A stretch of DNA of 63,459 bases, counting the filler, from Dimargaris cristalligena (taxonomy: Eukaryota): the NCBI GenBank assembly GCA_003614675.1. It is 25 parts of 25 records of this genome, joined end to end, with 100 filler letters (N's around TTAATTAATTAA, not from the genome) between each part and the next. Parts side by side here need not be neighbours in the genome. Positions count along the whole stretch, not along the records: positions 12,860 to 15,321 come from ML004202.1; positions 15,422 to 17,881 come from ML004203.1; positions 17,982 to 20,438 come from ML004204.1; positions 20,539 to 22,993 come from ML004205.1; positions 23,094 to 25,547 come from ML004206.1; 20 more parts are not named here. The stretch is one strand, 5' to 3'. Positions 13,022-23,496 of this stretch are shown one piece after another. The notes beneath the pieces are model-generated. The model saw nothing but the letters and a program-made list of their open reading frames with translations, made no database searches and was not told where the DNA came from. The translations under genes were made by a program, and so were the position numbers. Position 1 is the stretch's first letter. Every line of letters starts with the position of its first letter.

Positions 13022-13831
13022 CTAAGGCGTAGCGCTGGCTTGCAGGACGGAGGGCAGCCAGCGCTTGCCTGCGAGCGCGCGCGCGGCGGCCTCCACCATT
13101 GGCCCCTTCTTCATCGCGGCGAGCGGTGCCGCCTCGGCGGCACCGACGCCTTCCGTGACTGCGGCCAGCACTTGTGCCTTGGGCACGTGCGACAAGTAGC
13201 TCTCAGTGGCGGCCTCCCACCAGTCGGCCATGTCGAGCGCGACGGATTGCGCGATCGCATCGGTTTCGTGCTCGCCCGCGCGCGGCTGGATGCCGTTCAC
13301 CGTCACAGCAGTGCAGAAGGCCAGCAGCGACAGCAGTTCGTCGCGCGGCATCGCCAGCAGCACCGGCCACAGCGCATCGAGTTCTTCCGGCAGGCGGGCC
13401 TTCCAAGCTTCGCTTGCGGCCTCGATCTGCTGCCACGCGCGCGAGGTTTCGATGCTGGCATCGGCCTGTGTGACGGTGTGGCGCATGTCGGTGGTGCGCA
13501 CGCCGACCGCGTTGGCACGCCAATAGCGTTCCGACCACAGCGACGAAACCAGCCCATAAGCGAGCGTGGCGAGCGCAACATCGGTGCGCTCGATCAGCAC
13601 CGCCTGCAGTGCCGTGGTGCGTTGCGCGGTCAGGGCACGGGTGAGCTTTTCTGAAAGGGTGGGTGCGGGTGCAGCATCGGTGCCGTCACCGGCACCGAAT
13701 GCGGCGCGCGTGGCGGCCCGCTCGATCTTGGCGGCGGCTTTGCGGTCGTCGGGCTTGATCGCGCCGCGCAGAATCTTGACGGTGTTGTGCTGGAAGAGAA
13801 CCACAACGCCCGCGAGGCTCTTGTCGGCCAC
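13022..13831 (-). pseudogene. C-terminal half of a plasmid/ICE ParB-like protein, 5' part replaced at 13832
   Basis: LSEKLTRALTAQRTTALQAVL, LDMADWWEAT..SYLSHVPKAQVLAAV, MKKGPM..AAARALAGKRWLPSVL typical of the C-termini of long conjugative-element ParB proteins; no ParB N-domain present. Confidence 0.8.
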
Positions 13832-13891
13832 TGTCGACGTAGCGAAGGAAATTTCAAAATAGCGAAGTAGCCTGCAAAATATCGAAGCTGG
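13832..13891 (+). mobile_element. Putative transposon end: TGTCGACG followed by three TA(G/T)CGAAG repeats at 20-bp spacing
   Basis: Repeats at 13840, 13860, 13880; position coincides with loss of ParB-like coding character and a GC drop. Confidence 0.55.
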
Positions 13892-14305
13892 AGATTGCGT
13901 GTTTCCCATGAAATCCCCTTAGTAAGGCCATTCCTCGCGTTCATTCCAGACCCACAAATAATGCGTCGCACAATTCTCCATACGGCACACGTGCACGCCG
14001 AAGCCGCTTAGCCATCACTTTCGCCACGCCTCGTTACTTCACCGGATAGCCCTAACCGAGCCGGTGTTGTATGGTCGAACAACGTAGCAATACGAACCCA
14101 TCACACCTCCCAAATCTCCATGGCTGCCGCAGACATTCAGCGTCACCAATCGACCCATGCGGTCGGTTCGGGCAGCCTCGCGTTCGTTCCTCTCGAACGA
14201 ACCCGTACGCGAATAGTCGGCTGATCCCCAGCCCTTTTCGGTCCCGGCACTACCCGGTTCGACAACTGCGGCTTCACGCAGCCAGTTCGCGTATGGAGAA
14301 ACATC

Positions 14306-15321
14306 ATGTCCGCTCCCGAGCACCCCTCAGAGCATCCGCCCGGGTTTTTGCCCTTAGGCGATCTCGCAGCACTACGCAGCGCCGCAACATGGCGGTTGCT
14401 CATCCCCTCGGACATGCGTTCAGCTCTAGCCGCCGCCCGGCAAGACAAGGAACCCAAAGAGGAGATCCCCGGATTCACTGTTGAGGAACCATCCTCAGTT
14501 GCGTCGGCAGCGCAAGCACCGGCGACTCGTCGAGCAAGGCTCAAGCATATTCAAGTGTTTGGGCCCGCAGCGCTAGCGCTGGCCAGCGAGAACTTGCAAG
14601 GTGTCGACCGCAACCAACAGCGGTACGCACAGTTGTTATTGGAGCAAGCCCGGACCAATGACGGCTATAGAGCGTTACCGCGTGCCCGCTCGGCATTGAA
14701 GAAGCTCGAAACAGCGCTGACGTTGTTTGGCAACCTGCGCGAGCCAATTCAAAAGTTGAGAATTGACCTCACGCTTATGAGCGCTATGCGGGCGAAGGAC
14801 TTTCGCGTTCGGCCGATCCTGCTGACAGGGCAACCTGGCGTCGGCAAAACACACTTCGCGCTGAAGTTGGCGGAGATTTTGAATGTGCCGATGCGAAAGT
14901 GGTCTGCTGGAAGTGCCCAAGCAAGCTTCCAACTGACGGGCAGCGATAGCGCCTGGCACCATGCTCGGCCAGGGATGATTGTTGAGATGCTTGCCGGCGG
15001 TAAGTCGGCGACACCTGTCCTTATGCTGGACGAAGTGGACAAAATTGGCAGCGATGGCCGCTACCCGGTTACGCCAGTACTGCTGGATCTACTTGAGTCG
15101 GGAACAGCGAGCGCGTTCCAAGACGCGTTTTTCCGCATGACATTTGACGCCAGCCGAATCATCTATGTCCTGACAGCGAACGATCCCGACGCTGTGCCTG
15201 CGCCTCTACTGAGTCGCGTAGAGGTATTCGACATCCCGGCACCCGAGCCCGAGCAACGGCTGCAGCTCATCTTGGCGGAAGTTCGTCGGCTGCAGCGGGC
15301 TACCGGCAAACGCATTGAACT
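14306..15321 (+). CDS. Bacterial Lon-like AAA+ ATPase, cut by contig end
   Basis: GGAG RBS before ATG; Walker A GQPGVGKT, PGMIV, Walker B PVLMLDEVDK, LLDLLE, FQDAF, LTAN, PAPLLSRVE as in the Lon ATPase module. Confidence 0.88.
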
Positions 15322-15421
15322 NNNNNNNNNNNNNNNNNNNNNNNNNNNNNNNNNNNNNNNNNNNNTTAATTAATTAANNNNNNNNNNNNNNNNNNNNNNN
15401 NNNNNNNNNNNNNNNNNNNNN

Positions 15422-15546
15422 AAAAATGACCATACTCGTCAGGGGCAGGGGCAGGGGCTCATTCACTCATCAGGGGCGTACTTCCAATAAGTGCAAAAAA
15501 TAGATAAAAAATAAAAGTAGGTAAATAATGTGGTAAGTTCACCACA
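15422..15546 (-). repeat. LTR-like terminus (TGTGGTGAACTTACCACA...); second copy at 33094-33175 abutting a family A LTR
   Basis: About 80 bp shared between the two contig ends. Confidence 0.65.
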
Positions 15547-16288
15547 CATTCCCAACTATATCACTTTACATTCAACTCATTATGGATACCTGGTAGTACT
15601 ATTTAGATGCCCCCCACTATTTATTATTAGCTGTAAATATTAATCTATGACATCCTTCATTAAACTGGCAATTAGAACATCAGCCTAATATTTCTACTGC
15701 TAGCATTGAACTGCGCTAAACAAGGGTAAATAAGAAGGCTGTAATTCAGTTCCCCAGACTAGTAGCAGCAGGGCACCTTTGTGAATCGTATTTAGATATC
15801 ATGTGAATGTTAGCAAGGTGTATTTTGGGGAGGTCCAACCAGGCTTTATAGAAAAAAACATTAGGTGACATAAATATTACTTGTTAAAAATGAATCTCCA
15901 GTGTAGTTTCCCTTACATATAACACTTTTAATGTATACCCAGTCCGAATTTCATCCACATAATTATAGTTTATAAATGAAATATGGTTCACTGATATTGA
16001 ATAAAATTATTATGCTAAGAGCATGCTACTACAGTGGTTATATAAAAAAATGATATTATTCATTATAATGCAATAGCAACCAGTAAAAGTGATTTGAAGA
16101 AATCCAAAAAAAGAGAAGAGAAGGCTTAGCTATAGGAGTTTATAGACCAAAGTCAAGGGTAGTGATCCATCAACACCTGCGGCTTACTTTTGAAACCATT
16201 TTTTAAGAGATTTACGAGCTAGAATTGGTATAATATGACCACTTGTCTATATTGCACAATGTAAATAATTAGACGAGTATATTGGTAT

Positions 16289-16783
16289 TGTTACGGTCAT
16301 ATTGTTACGGTCATACTGACCACATATAGGAAGTACTATGTTATCTGGCAACAGATCCTTCCGAATATAGGGTATACTGTATCAGCCAATAGGAAAAGCC
16401 GTCAGAATAACTATGGGACCTGGCCTGGGACTGGTAAGGGACTTATACCAGTGCCCCCGCCCCCTCCATGGATCTAGGAGGTTCCCTTTTTATGTTCTAC
16501 TTTATTTCTGTTATTCGATATACCAATAAATCAATTATAATCGTTACAATATTGACCATCCTCAGTAGGCGCTGGGTTATCTGGTGGTAGATCCTTCAAT
16601 ATATGGGACACACTGTATCAGCCAATAAGAATAGCATTGGGGTAACTATAATACCCGGCCTAGGACCGGCAATGGACCTATACAGCACCCCCCGCTCCCC
16701 TCCATGGATCTGAGAGGTTCCCTTCTTACTTGCAATTATCTCTATTATCTCTATTACTTACTAAAGTCATAATCATAGTAACA
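16289..16783 (+). mobile_element. Two nested solo LTRs of one family: outer 16289-16783 (TSD GTAT), inner 16303-16548 (TSD ATAT)
   Basis: TGTTAC..ACA termini on both; GTAT at 16285-88 and 16784-87; ATAT at 16299-302 and 16549-52. Confidence 0.85.
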
Positions 16784-18484
16784 GTATAAAGGCTGTCCAA
16801 GTGGAAGGATGACAGCCTATTTGACTTGAAAATCAAAATCGAGTTTGACAGAATAAGTGACTGTAAGGCAATTTCAGTTTAAATAATTAGTACTCAAAAT
16901 CAAGAATAATAAAGGTGGTACGTTGAAATGGCTAAGTAAATAAATGCCAAAACATCACAGGAGCCTACAATAGTAGCATTGCCGTGGCTAAAAATAATAC
17001 ATTGCTATAACAACAGCCCAAGAAAGACGTGCCAGTATTGTATAGCCAAATAACTATGGGGATAATAAGCTGATAAGAATAGTTGTATAATCGAGAATGC
17101 AGTAAATAAGAAAATTTGGGACCACTGATAATTTCTTGGACAAACGGAACAGTCATTGTCTAAAAACACGTGGATCCCCCTGGTACAATACTATGGAAAG
17201 GGTGTAAGAGGCCTTCTGGTTTTAGATTCAATGTCACCAATTATTGGTGAGGATTTCAAATGGTATTCATCACTGCCATGGCCATGGCCGAAATTGTCAA
17301 GACCATGTGATTGACTAATCCATAGACAAGGCATACAAAACATGTATAGTATCCCATAAAGGACATGCCGCAGTCTTCAAAAAAAAAGTAGACTAGCCAA
17401 GAATCATCTTCCTTTTTGAAAACTTCACAATTTCAAATCTAATAATTAACAAAGGGCACGGTGAAGGTGCAAGGCACTTTCAGGCTTGTTCAGTATCGAT
17501 TATGGATCCACTTATTGTTCTCCTGCCCTTTCTTTTGTTAAGCGAAGCAACCCTAACCCACTTGGGTCATAAAGTTACCATTTCCAATAATATACTACTA
17601 GTAATCTTTCATAATAATAGCGTGTATAAAAGGCACTGGTTCTCCCCACATTTTTCAATCAGTTTTTTTCATTCAAGCATGTTGGTGCAATGTCTATGAT
17701 AAAAACTATATTCTATAATATTATTCCTTGTGGCCCCATAGGCAACCGGGGGCCGCACTCTGCAAGCTTGCAGACCATAGACAACACTATTACCACTTGC
17801 AAGAAAAATGGGCATAAGCCCAGCAAGAGATTGTGGAGGGATTTTCCCTTCTTCACACGATCGGCCCCCCGACTCCCCCAANNNNNNNNNNNNNNNNNNN
17901 NNNNNNNNNNNNNNNNNNNNNNNNNTTAATTAATTAANNNNNNNNNNNNNNNNNNNNNNNNNNNNNNNNNNNNNNNNNNNNCAGTTTGGAGTCAACGGAG
18001 CTATATTTGATTTCGGCTGGTGTGGTTCCACAAAGAGAATAATTCCTGACGAAGTTGAGGCCACGGGAAATAATCATTAAACCAACGTAATGGTCGTGGA
18101 AGTGGAGCAGGAGTACCATTGATGGCAATGAAGTCACCAGGGACATATTTCGATTCGATTTTTAGCAGTGTTTGGAGGGACAGTGTCGGCCCCATTGTCC
18201 AAAATTGATGATTATGAAGATTTTTATCGTCTAGGATGGTAGAAATTGTGTGTAATTGTAAAATTTAGGGATGAATGAAGTTTGGCAGTAAATGGTTAAC
18301 TGACACCTTGGCAGCGACCAAAATGTTTAGCACAGTTGAGTTTACCATTGCTAGTGCCGAGATGTATACCACACTTCTCCATACTATTCCAGTATTATTA
18401 TAATGAATATTTTTCTAAACAGCCAGTTGATGGCCCCAAGTGGATGTACTACTTTCCCTTTGTCTATAACAACAGTACAGTTTG

Positions 18485-18628
18485 ATATGGGTGAACTTCA
18501 ACCCAACTGTATAAGATTTTACACAATATATGTACGGGATAATATGTAGGAGAATAACTTTTGACCAGTAATATTTACCTCATCAAATGGTTTATTCGTT
18601 ATACAGCCTGGATGAACTTCTGCCATAT
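18485..18628 (+). mobile_element. 144-bp MITE-like element
   Basis: ATATGG...CCATAT ends, same length as other copies. Confidence 0.75.
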
Positions 18629-18660
18629 TGATTCAAGCACCCATTTACTTATCACCTTTC

Positions 18661-18877
18661 TGTTAAAAAATATGTCCCGATGGGTCTTTTATCCAGTCAT
18701 GTTTCCACCAATTCCGTTAGTTCATTTAGTTATCATGAGACCACACATTTTAACCACTTATATTTCACCCCACCCATTATACTGTTCAATAAAACTAACC
18801 ACCTAGAGGCACCTACCGTCCTCTAGCTGCTTTCTTCCTTTACTTCCAGTTTTGTTACCACATTTTATATTCCAACA
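18661..18877 (+). repeat. Family D solo LTR (diverged)
   Basis: TGTT...CCAACA termini; shares AATAAAACTAACCACCTAGAGG with 48537-48759. Confidence 0.75.
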
Positions 18878-20538
18878 CTCGCCCCTGGCTAAATTCTGCA
18901 TCGTTTAACTCCGCCAACTCGTCATCCCCCGAGTATCCACACACCCCAACCCTAGACCAGTCACCAATAAGTATAGACGGAATAGCTGTTAAGCATATAG
19001 GTCTTGCAGCGGCACCCTGCACTGACCTCGCCTATTAAATGGGCCCGGTCCTCCCTGTCCCTAGAGAAACAACCGCCAATAAAGCAGGTAATCATGCTAG
19101 TAACACTAGGTAAATAGGCGACGAGTAGCTTGGAGCAGCATATTGTTCCACGTCTGGTGCAGCTATTGTCGCGGATATTTTTGGGGGTAGGTGATGCCTC
19201 AACCTCTATTGTGGGTGGTGGTGCTGGGGGGGGATGGTTTGGAAGGAAAGCTATTGTATACCAACGAGCCAGCTTATCCAATTTCAGGCTACCTCCAATG
19301 ATCATTTACGGATGCTACAATCCCTCCGCTTCATGTTCACAGTGTGCTTTTTTAGCCGGGCATACTTTCATGGCTAGGTCGATAGGTACCAGCTTGCCAC
19401 ATTCATATACCCATATTCATGTTCTCTTTCATGAAACCGCGGACAACTATGCCAGTTGGAATTGCTTAGCAGATAGCATCATCCATTGTATATGATCGAG
19501 TGCAATCACCGTTGAAAAAAGTAGATATGGACTGGTGTATGTAAGGGACATGTTCCATTTAGTTGGATTGTGGAGAGCGGCAGCAACTTCGCCCATTCCT
19601 ATTTTTGGACAGTTATGACACTTATGGCTGCGCTCTTTATTGGGTTTCCTGGCTATGGGGGGAATTATGTGATTGCATATTGGCCTCTAGGAGGTAGGTC
19701 ACACAACCATCCAAGTCGTCTTCCCTTTGGGCGATGCTCGCATCTAGATGGTGGGCCGACGAAAACCATATGGGAAGATATAGTCCGACTGCCAAGGTAA
19801 AGATTTCAATAGGGTACCGGCTGGTCAATATCATTGGCTATTAACCGTGAATTCGCAGTACCACATAGCTTCGTACACCCCGTTTATTATCCAGGGGGGG
19901 ATGACTGGGTAAAAGAGCGCGAGAACGGAGGGTGGGACGGGTGCCGCCCCTACTCTTCCTTTCCCTATCTCCATGGAACGAGATGGATAGATAACTACAT
20001 TTCTATGTTTTGGCTAATATTCACCAGGAATACCATTTATTGATGAAAACTCACATCGAAGTATATAAAAAATGAAAAACGATAGGGAAAAAAGTGGATT
20101 TAGAATCTCCCATATTTCTATATAGGAATCGTCGGAGTTAATATGTGCTTTATATCTTATCCGTTATTAAGTCCACCCCTCCAATCAGCCAAGTGTTGGG
20201 AGCAGTCTGCCCCCGAATACCCCTATCCAAAACGAAACTAACTAGATTACCCATTCTCCCTATCCTTCAGTAATTTAACCAGCTGGCCAGCTAGAGATTC
20301 ATTTTGCATTCATCTATCGAGAGACCACACCCCTTTTTATTTTTTTAAATCCCCGTTATGAGGGGGCGATAATATAGATAAAACCACCGACATGATTATA
20401 TTTACTGCCCAATATTTAATTGGGCCGGGTATTTTTTCNNNNNNNNNNNNNNNNNNNNNNNNNNNNNNNNNNNNNNNNNNNNTTAATTAATTAANNNNNN
20501 NNNNNNNNNNNNNNNNNNNNNNNNNNNNNNNNNNNNNN

Positions 20539-20586
20539 ATTCCGCTTTATTAAGTTTTTCCCATCGCTGCACAACATTGTGGTAGC
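20539..20586 (+). promoter_or_regulatory. 3' end of 5' LTR (to 20576) and PBS TGGTAGCG (20579-20586), initiator tRNA-Met type
   Basis: LTR end ...CATCGCTGCACAACA also at 51295; TGGTAGCG is the Ty1/Ty3 iMet PBS core. Confidence 0.75.
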
Positions 20587-20607
20587 GATGCTACGTTTCG
20601 ATCGGCA

Positions 20608-21717
20608 ATGAGTACCAACATAACATTAGATAGTGTTGCCGAGGCCATTGTGGCCATTAACCAGCGCCTGGATCAGTTAGCCGAGACCCAACAGACTGGG
20701 TTAGGTCAAGCAGCCCAGGCTTTTCAGTCGACGACCGTGGAGGCACACACAGCTCAGACTGCTGCCGAGCAGGCTACGACCATCGCCCAGCAAGCTAGGG
20801 AAGCAGCCGCCAGTACCCAGACCGCCGTTGGACATTTACAACAAGCGCTAGCTCAGGAAGAGGCTGCTATTGCGGGGATTCAAGCTACCCAGGCATCTGC
20901 CCCCTCTTATCCTTCTGTGGTTTCGAATGTAACCAAACCTAAACCAGACAAGATCGCTTGTTATCATGGTAACCCTGAGGAGGATCTAGATGCCTGGATT
21001 ACTATGGCGGAGATTGCCACTGACGGGCTTTGTGCATCAGAGGCAGACCAAGTGCGCCATTGTGCTCGATTTCTACGGGATAATGCTATGGTATGGTATT
21101 CCAGGCTCTACTGTGCGCACCAGGGGTTTACCACTTGGCAGGATTTCTGTACCAGTCTGAAGAAGGCGTTTCTAGACCCTGAGGCTACGAGTCGCCTGCG
21201 TATCCAATTAGAGGGTGTGAAATATCGCAATAATATTGGCGAATATACTGACGCTTTTTTGAAAATTGCCAATCGTATTACTACCATGACTGAAGAGGAA
21301 GCAATTCACCGTTACACCATTCAGCTCCCGCGTAATATGGCTGTTTGGGTTGGCCAGCAATACCCATCGTCCCTTCAGCAGGCCACCCACATTGCCCAGC
21401 GTATTTATGCCACTCTCTATCCTAATTACATTCCTCGACGCCAAGTAGTAGACTCTGCTGTTCCGACTGGGAGTACTGCACCCATGGAGATTGACGCCAT
21501 CACCAGATTATCACCATCTGAGAGAGACCGCCTTCGTAAGGAACGTGGTTGTTTTTACTGTCGCAGAACTGGACATATTATGCGTAATTGCCCTAACTTA
21601 CAGGGTAGTTCCCGCCGCCCTGGAATTCCTCAGAATAATACCTCAGGAGCTTCTCAGCCGGCAAAAAACGCCAACACCCTGGAGACCAACCCGGGTCCCT
21701 CCAGGGAGGATCTTTAA
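20608..21717 (+). CDS. Ty3/gypsy gag (intact)
   Basis: Coiled-coil N-terminus, capsid-like region, PMEIDA, CFYCRRTGHIMRNC zinc knuckle. Confidence 0.92.
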   Translation: MSTNITLDSVAEAIVAINQRLDQLAETQQTGLGQAAQAFQSTTVEAHTAQTAAEQATTIAQQAREAAASTQTAVGHLQQALAQEEAAIAGIQATQASAPSYPSVVSNVTKPKPDKIACYHGNPEEDLDAWITMAEIATDGLCASEADQVRHCARFLRDNAMVWYSRLYCAHQGFTTWQDFCTSLKKAFLDPEATSRLRIQLEGVKYRNNIGEYTDAFLKIANRITTMTEEEAIHRYTIQLPRNMAVWVGQQYPSSLQQATHIAQRIYATLYPNYIPRRQVVDSAVPTGSTAPMEIDAITRLSPSERDRLRKERGCFYCRRTGHIMRNCPNLQGSSRRPGIPQNNTSGASQPAKNANTLETNPGPSREDL

Positions 21718-22993
21718 CTTCCTCACCTTTACTTGCTCAAAATTGCAGCCTTGCTTCCCCTTTACCCATGAAATATACTAAATCCAATTGCTTATTACCT
21801 GATTTAAAGTGCACCTATGAGCAAGCTGCTGGTTTTGATTTACCCTGTGCTGAAGCCCAAGATTTATTACCCGGGATTATTACCAAAATATCAACTGGTA
21901 TTTCTATTGAACCTCCTCCAGGTTATTACATTCAATTATACTTACGGTCTAGTGCTGCCCAAAAAGGACTATTATTACAAGGAGGTGTTATTGACCCTGA
22001 TTATCGGGGTATTATCCATTTTATTATTTATAACTTGAATTCTTATTCTATCCCTATTTCTGCGGGAGATTATTTAGTCCAAGGTATTTTGATACCTCAT
22101 ACATTGATGCAACCTATTTGTATTGAACAATTACCTACCACTTTACGTCAAGATCAAGGATTTGGGTCTAGTTCTATTTCCCTTTATGAAGACCAAACCC
22201 AACCCTTATTACTTTTAAAAGGAACTATTAATTCATCAGAGATTACTGCTTTATTTGATCCTGGTGCCACTAACAATTTCATCTCTGAGAATATGGCTGC
22301 TCGTTTACAACTTTCCCTTAAGATATTATCTTACCCTCAAATAGTTCGGTTAGGAGATTCCACCCAATTATCTATTACCTCCTCTACAACTTTTAATATT
22401 TCATTTGGTGGATGGAATCATATTATTTCAGCCTGTGTACTACCCAAGGCACCTTATGATATACTATTAGGACAGCCTTGGATGTTAGAACATGAACCTC
22501 AACCATTGTGGCGAGAATATCGACTATTTTTACCTGGCCCTAAATTGTTCCTTCAGGGTTATACTAGTTTCAACCAACCTTCCCCTTCTATTCATTCTCA
22601 TATTACATTGGTGGAAGCTGATATTATTACCGCAGATTTAAAAGAGGAAGGTGGATTCTTATTATTTGTTCAAACCCAAAATGATGAGGTCCCCTCTGTT
22701 CCCGAGGTGTATCAATCTGTATTGGCAGATTTCCAAAACTCCATTCTGGGCCCACTACCACCAGGGTTGCCGATGCCACGAGCTATTGACCATCGAATTG
22801 CCACTGGCAGTGCCGCCCCCATCTACCGACACCCATATAAGTTACCCCACTCGGACCTACAGGAGTTACGTAAACAGTTGGATGAGTACCTATCCAAGGG
22901 CTGGATCCAACCAGGAGCTTCACCATGGGGCGCCCCCGTCATCTTTGTCCCAAAAAAAGATGGTACCCGGCGCATGTGCATAGATTATCGGGC
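21663..22993 (+). CDS. Ty3/gypsy pol in -1 frame: dUTPase - protease - RT start; cut by contig end
   Basis: Open from slippery site [73 protein letters not shown]. Confidence 0.94.
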
Positions 22994-23093
22994 NNNNNNN
23001 NNNNNNNNNNNNNNNNNNNNNNNNNNNNNNNNNNNNNTTAATTAATTAANNNNNNNNNNNNNNNNNNNNNNNNNNNNNNNNNNNNNNNNNNNN

Positions 23094-23461
23094 TGTTATG
23101 ACCAGTAAATTTGAACTATATAAATAACCCACCATATAAGTAAAAAAACCCATATCAACAAATGGGTAAAATTAATATCCAACATTACCAAGATATATAC
23201 CCATCACCCTACTATGTTTTATTTCCCAGTGTTTATTCCTCATATTATCTAGTTACTGATTTGTATCTATTAGTTATTATCATTCTTCCCCTGCCCCTTG
23301 GGTTGGGATATAACCCCAACCATTTTCCCTTAGCTTGCTCTTCAGCTTGCAACTCCTCTTTGTTTTCCTTTTCTGATATCTAGTTTAATAAATCCTAATT
23401 CCATCCTTCAAAGTCCCGCCTGTCTTATGGTACCTGGCCTCATCTTTAGCTTGTCATAACA
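23094..23461 (+). repeat. 5' LTR (368 bp) of a second gypsy family
   Basis: Terminal inverted repeat TGTTATGAC...GTCATAACA; internal TATAA and AATAAA; directly precedes gag. Confidence 0.88.
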
Positions 23462-23496
23462 GTTTGCAAGCTGATTCCTATAGGCCACCTACCAAT

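Noticed and set aside
12944-13862. Several plus-strand ORFs over the ParB-like gene
   Set aside because: GC-rich antisense shadows with no motifs
13832-13909. N-terminal 26 aa of the predicted 295-aa ORF as the real ParB start
   Set aside because: Lies in the lower-GC repeat-bearing segment; likely fortuitous read-in
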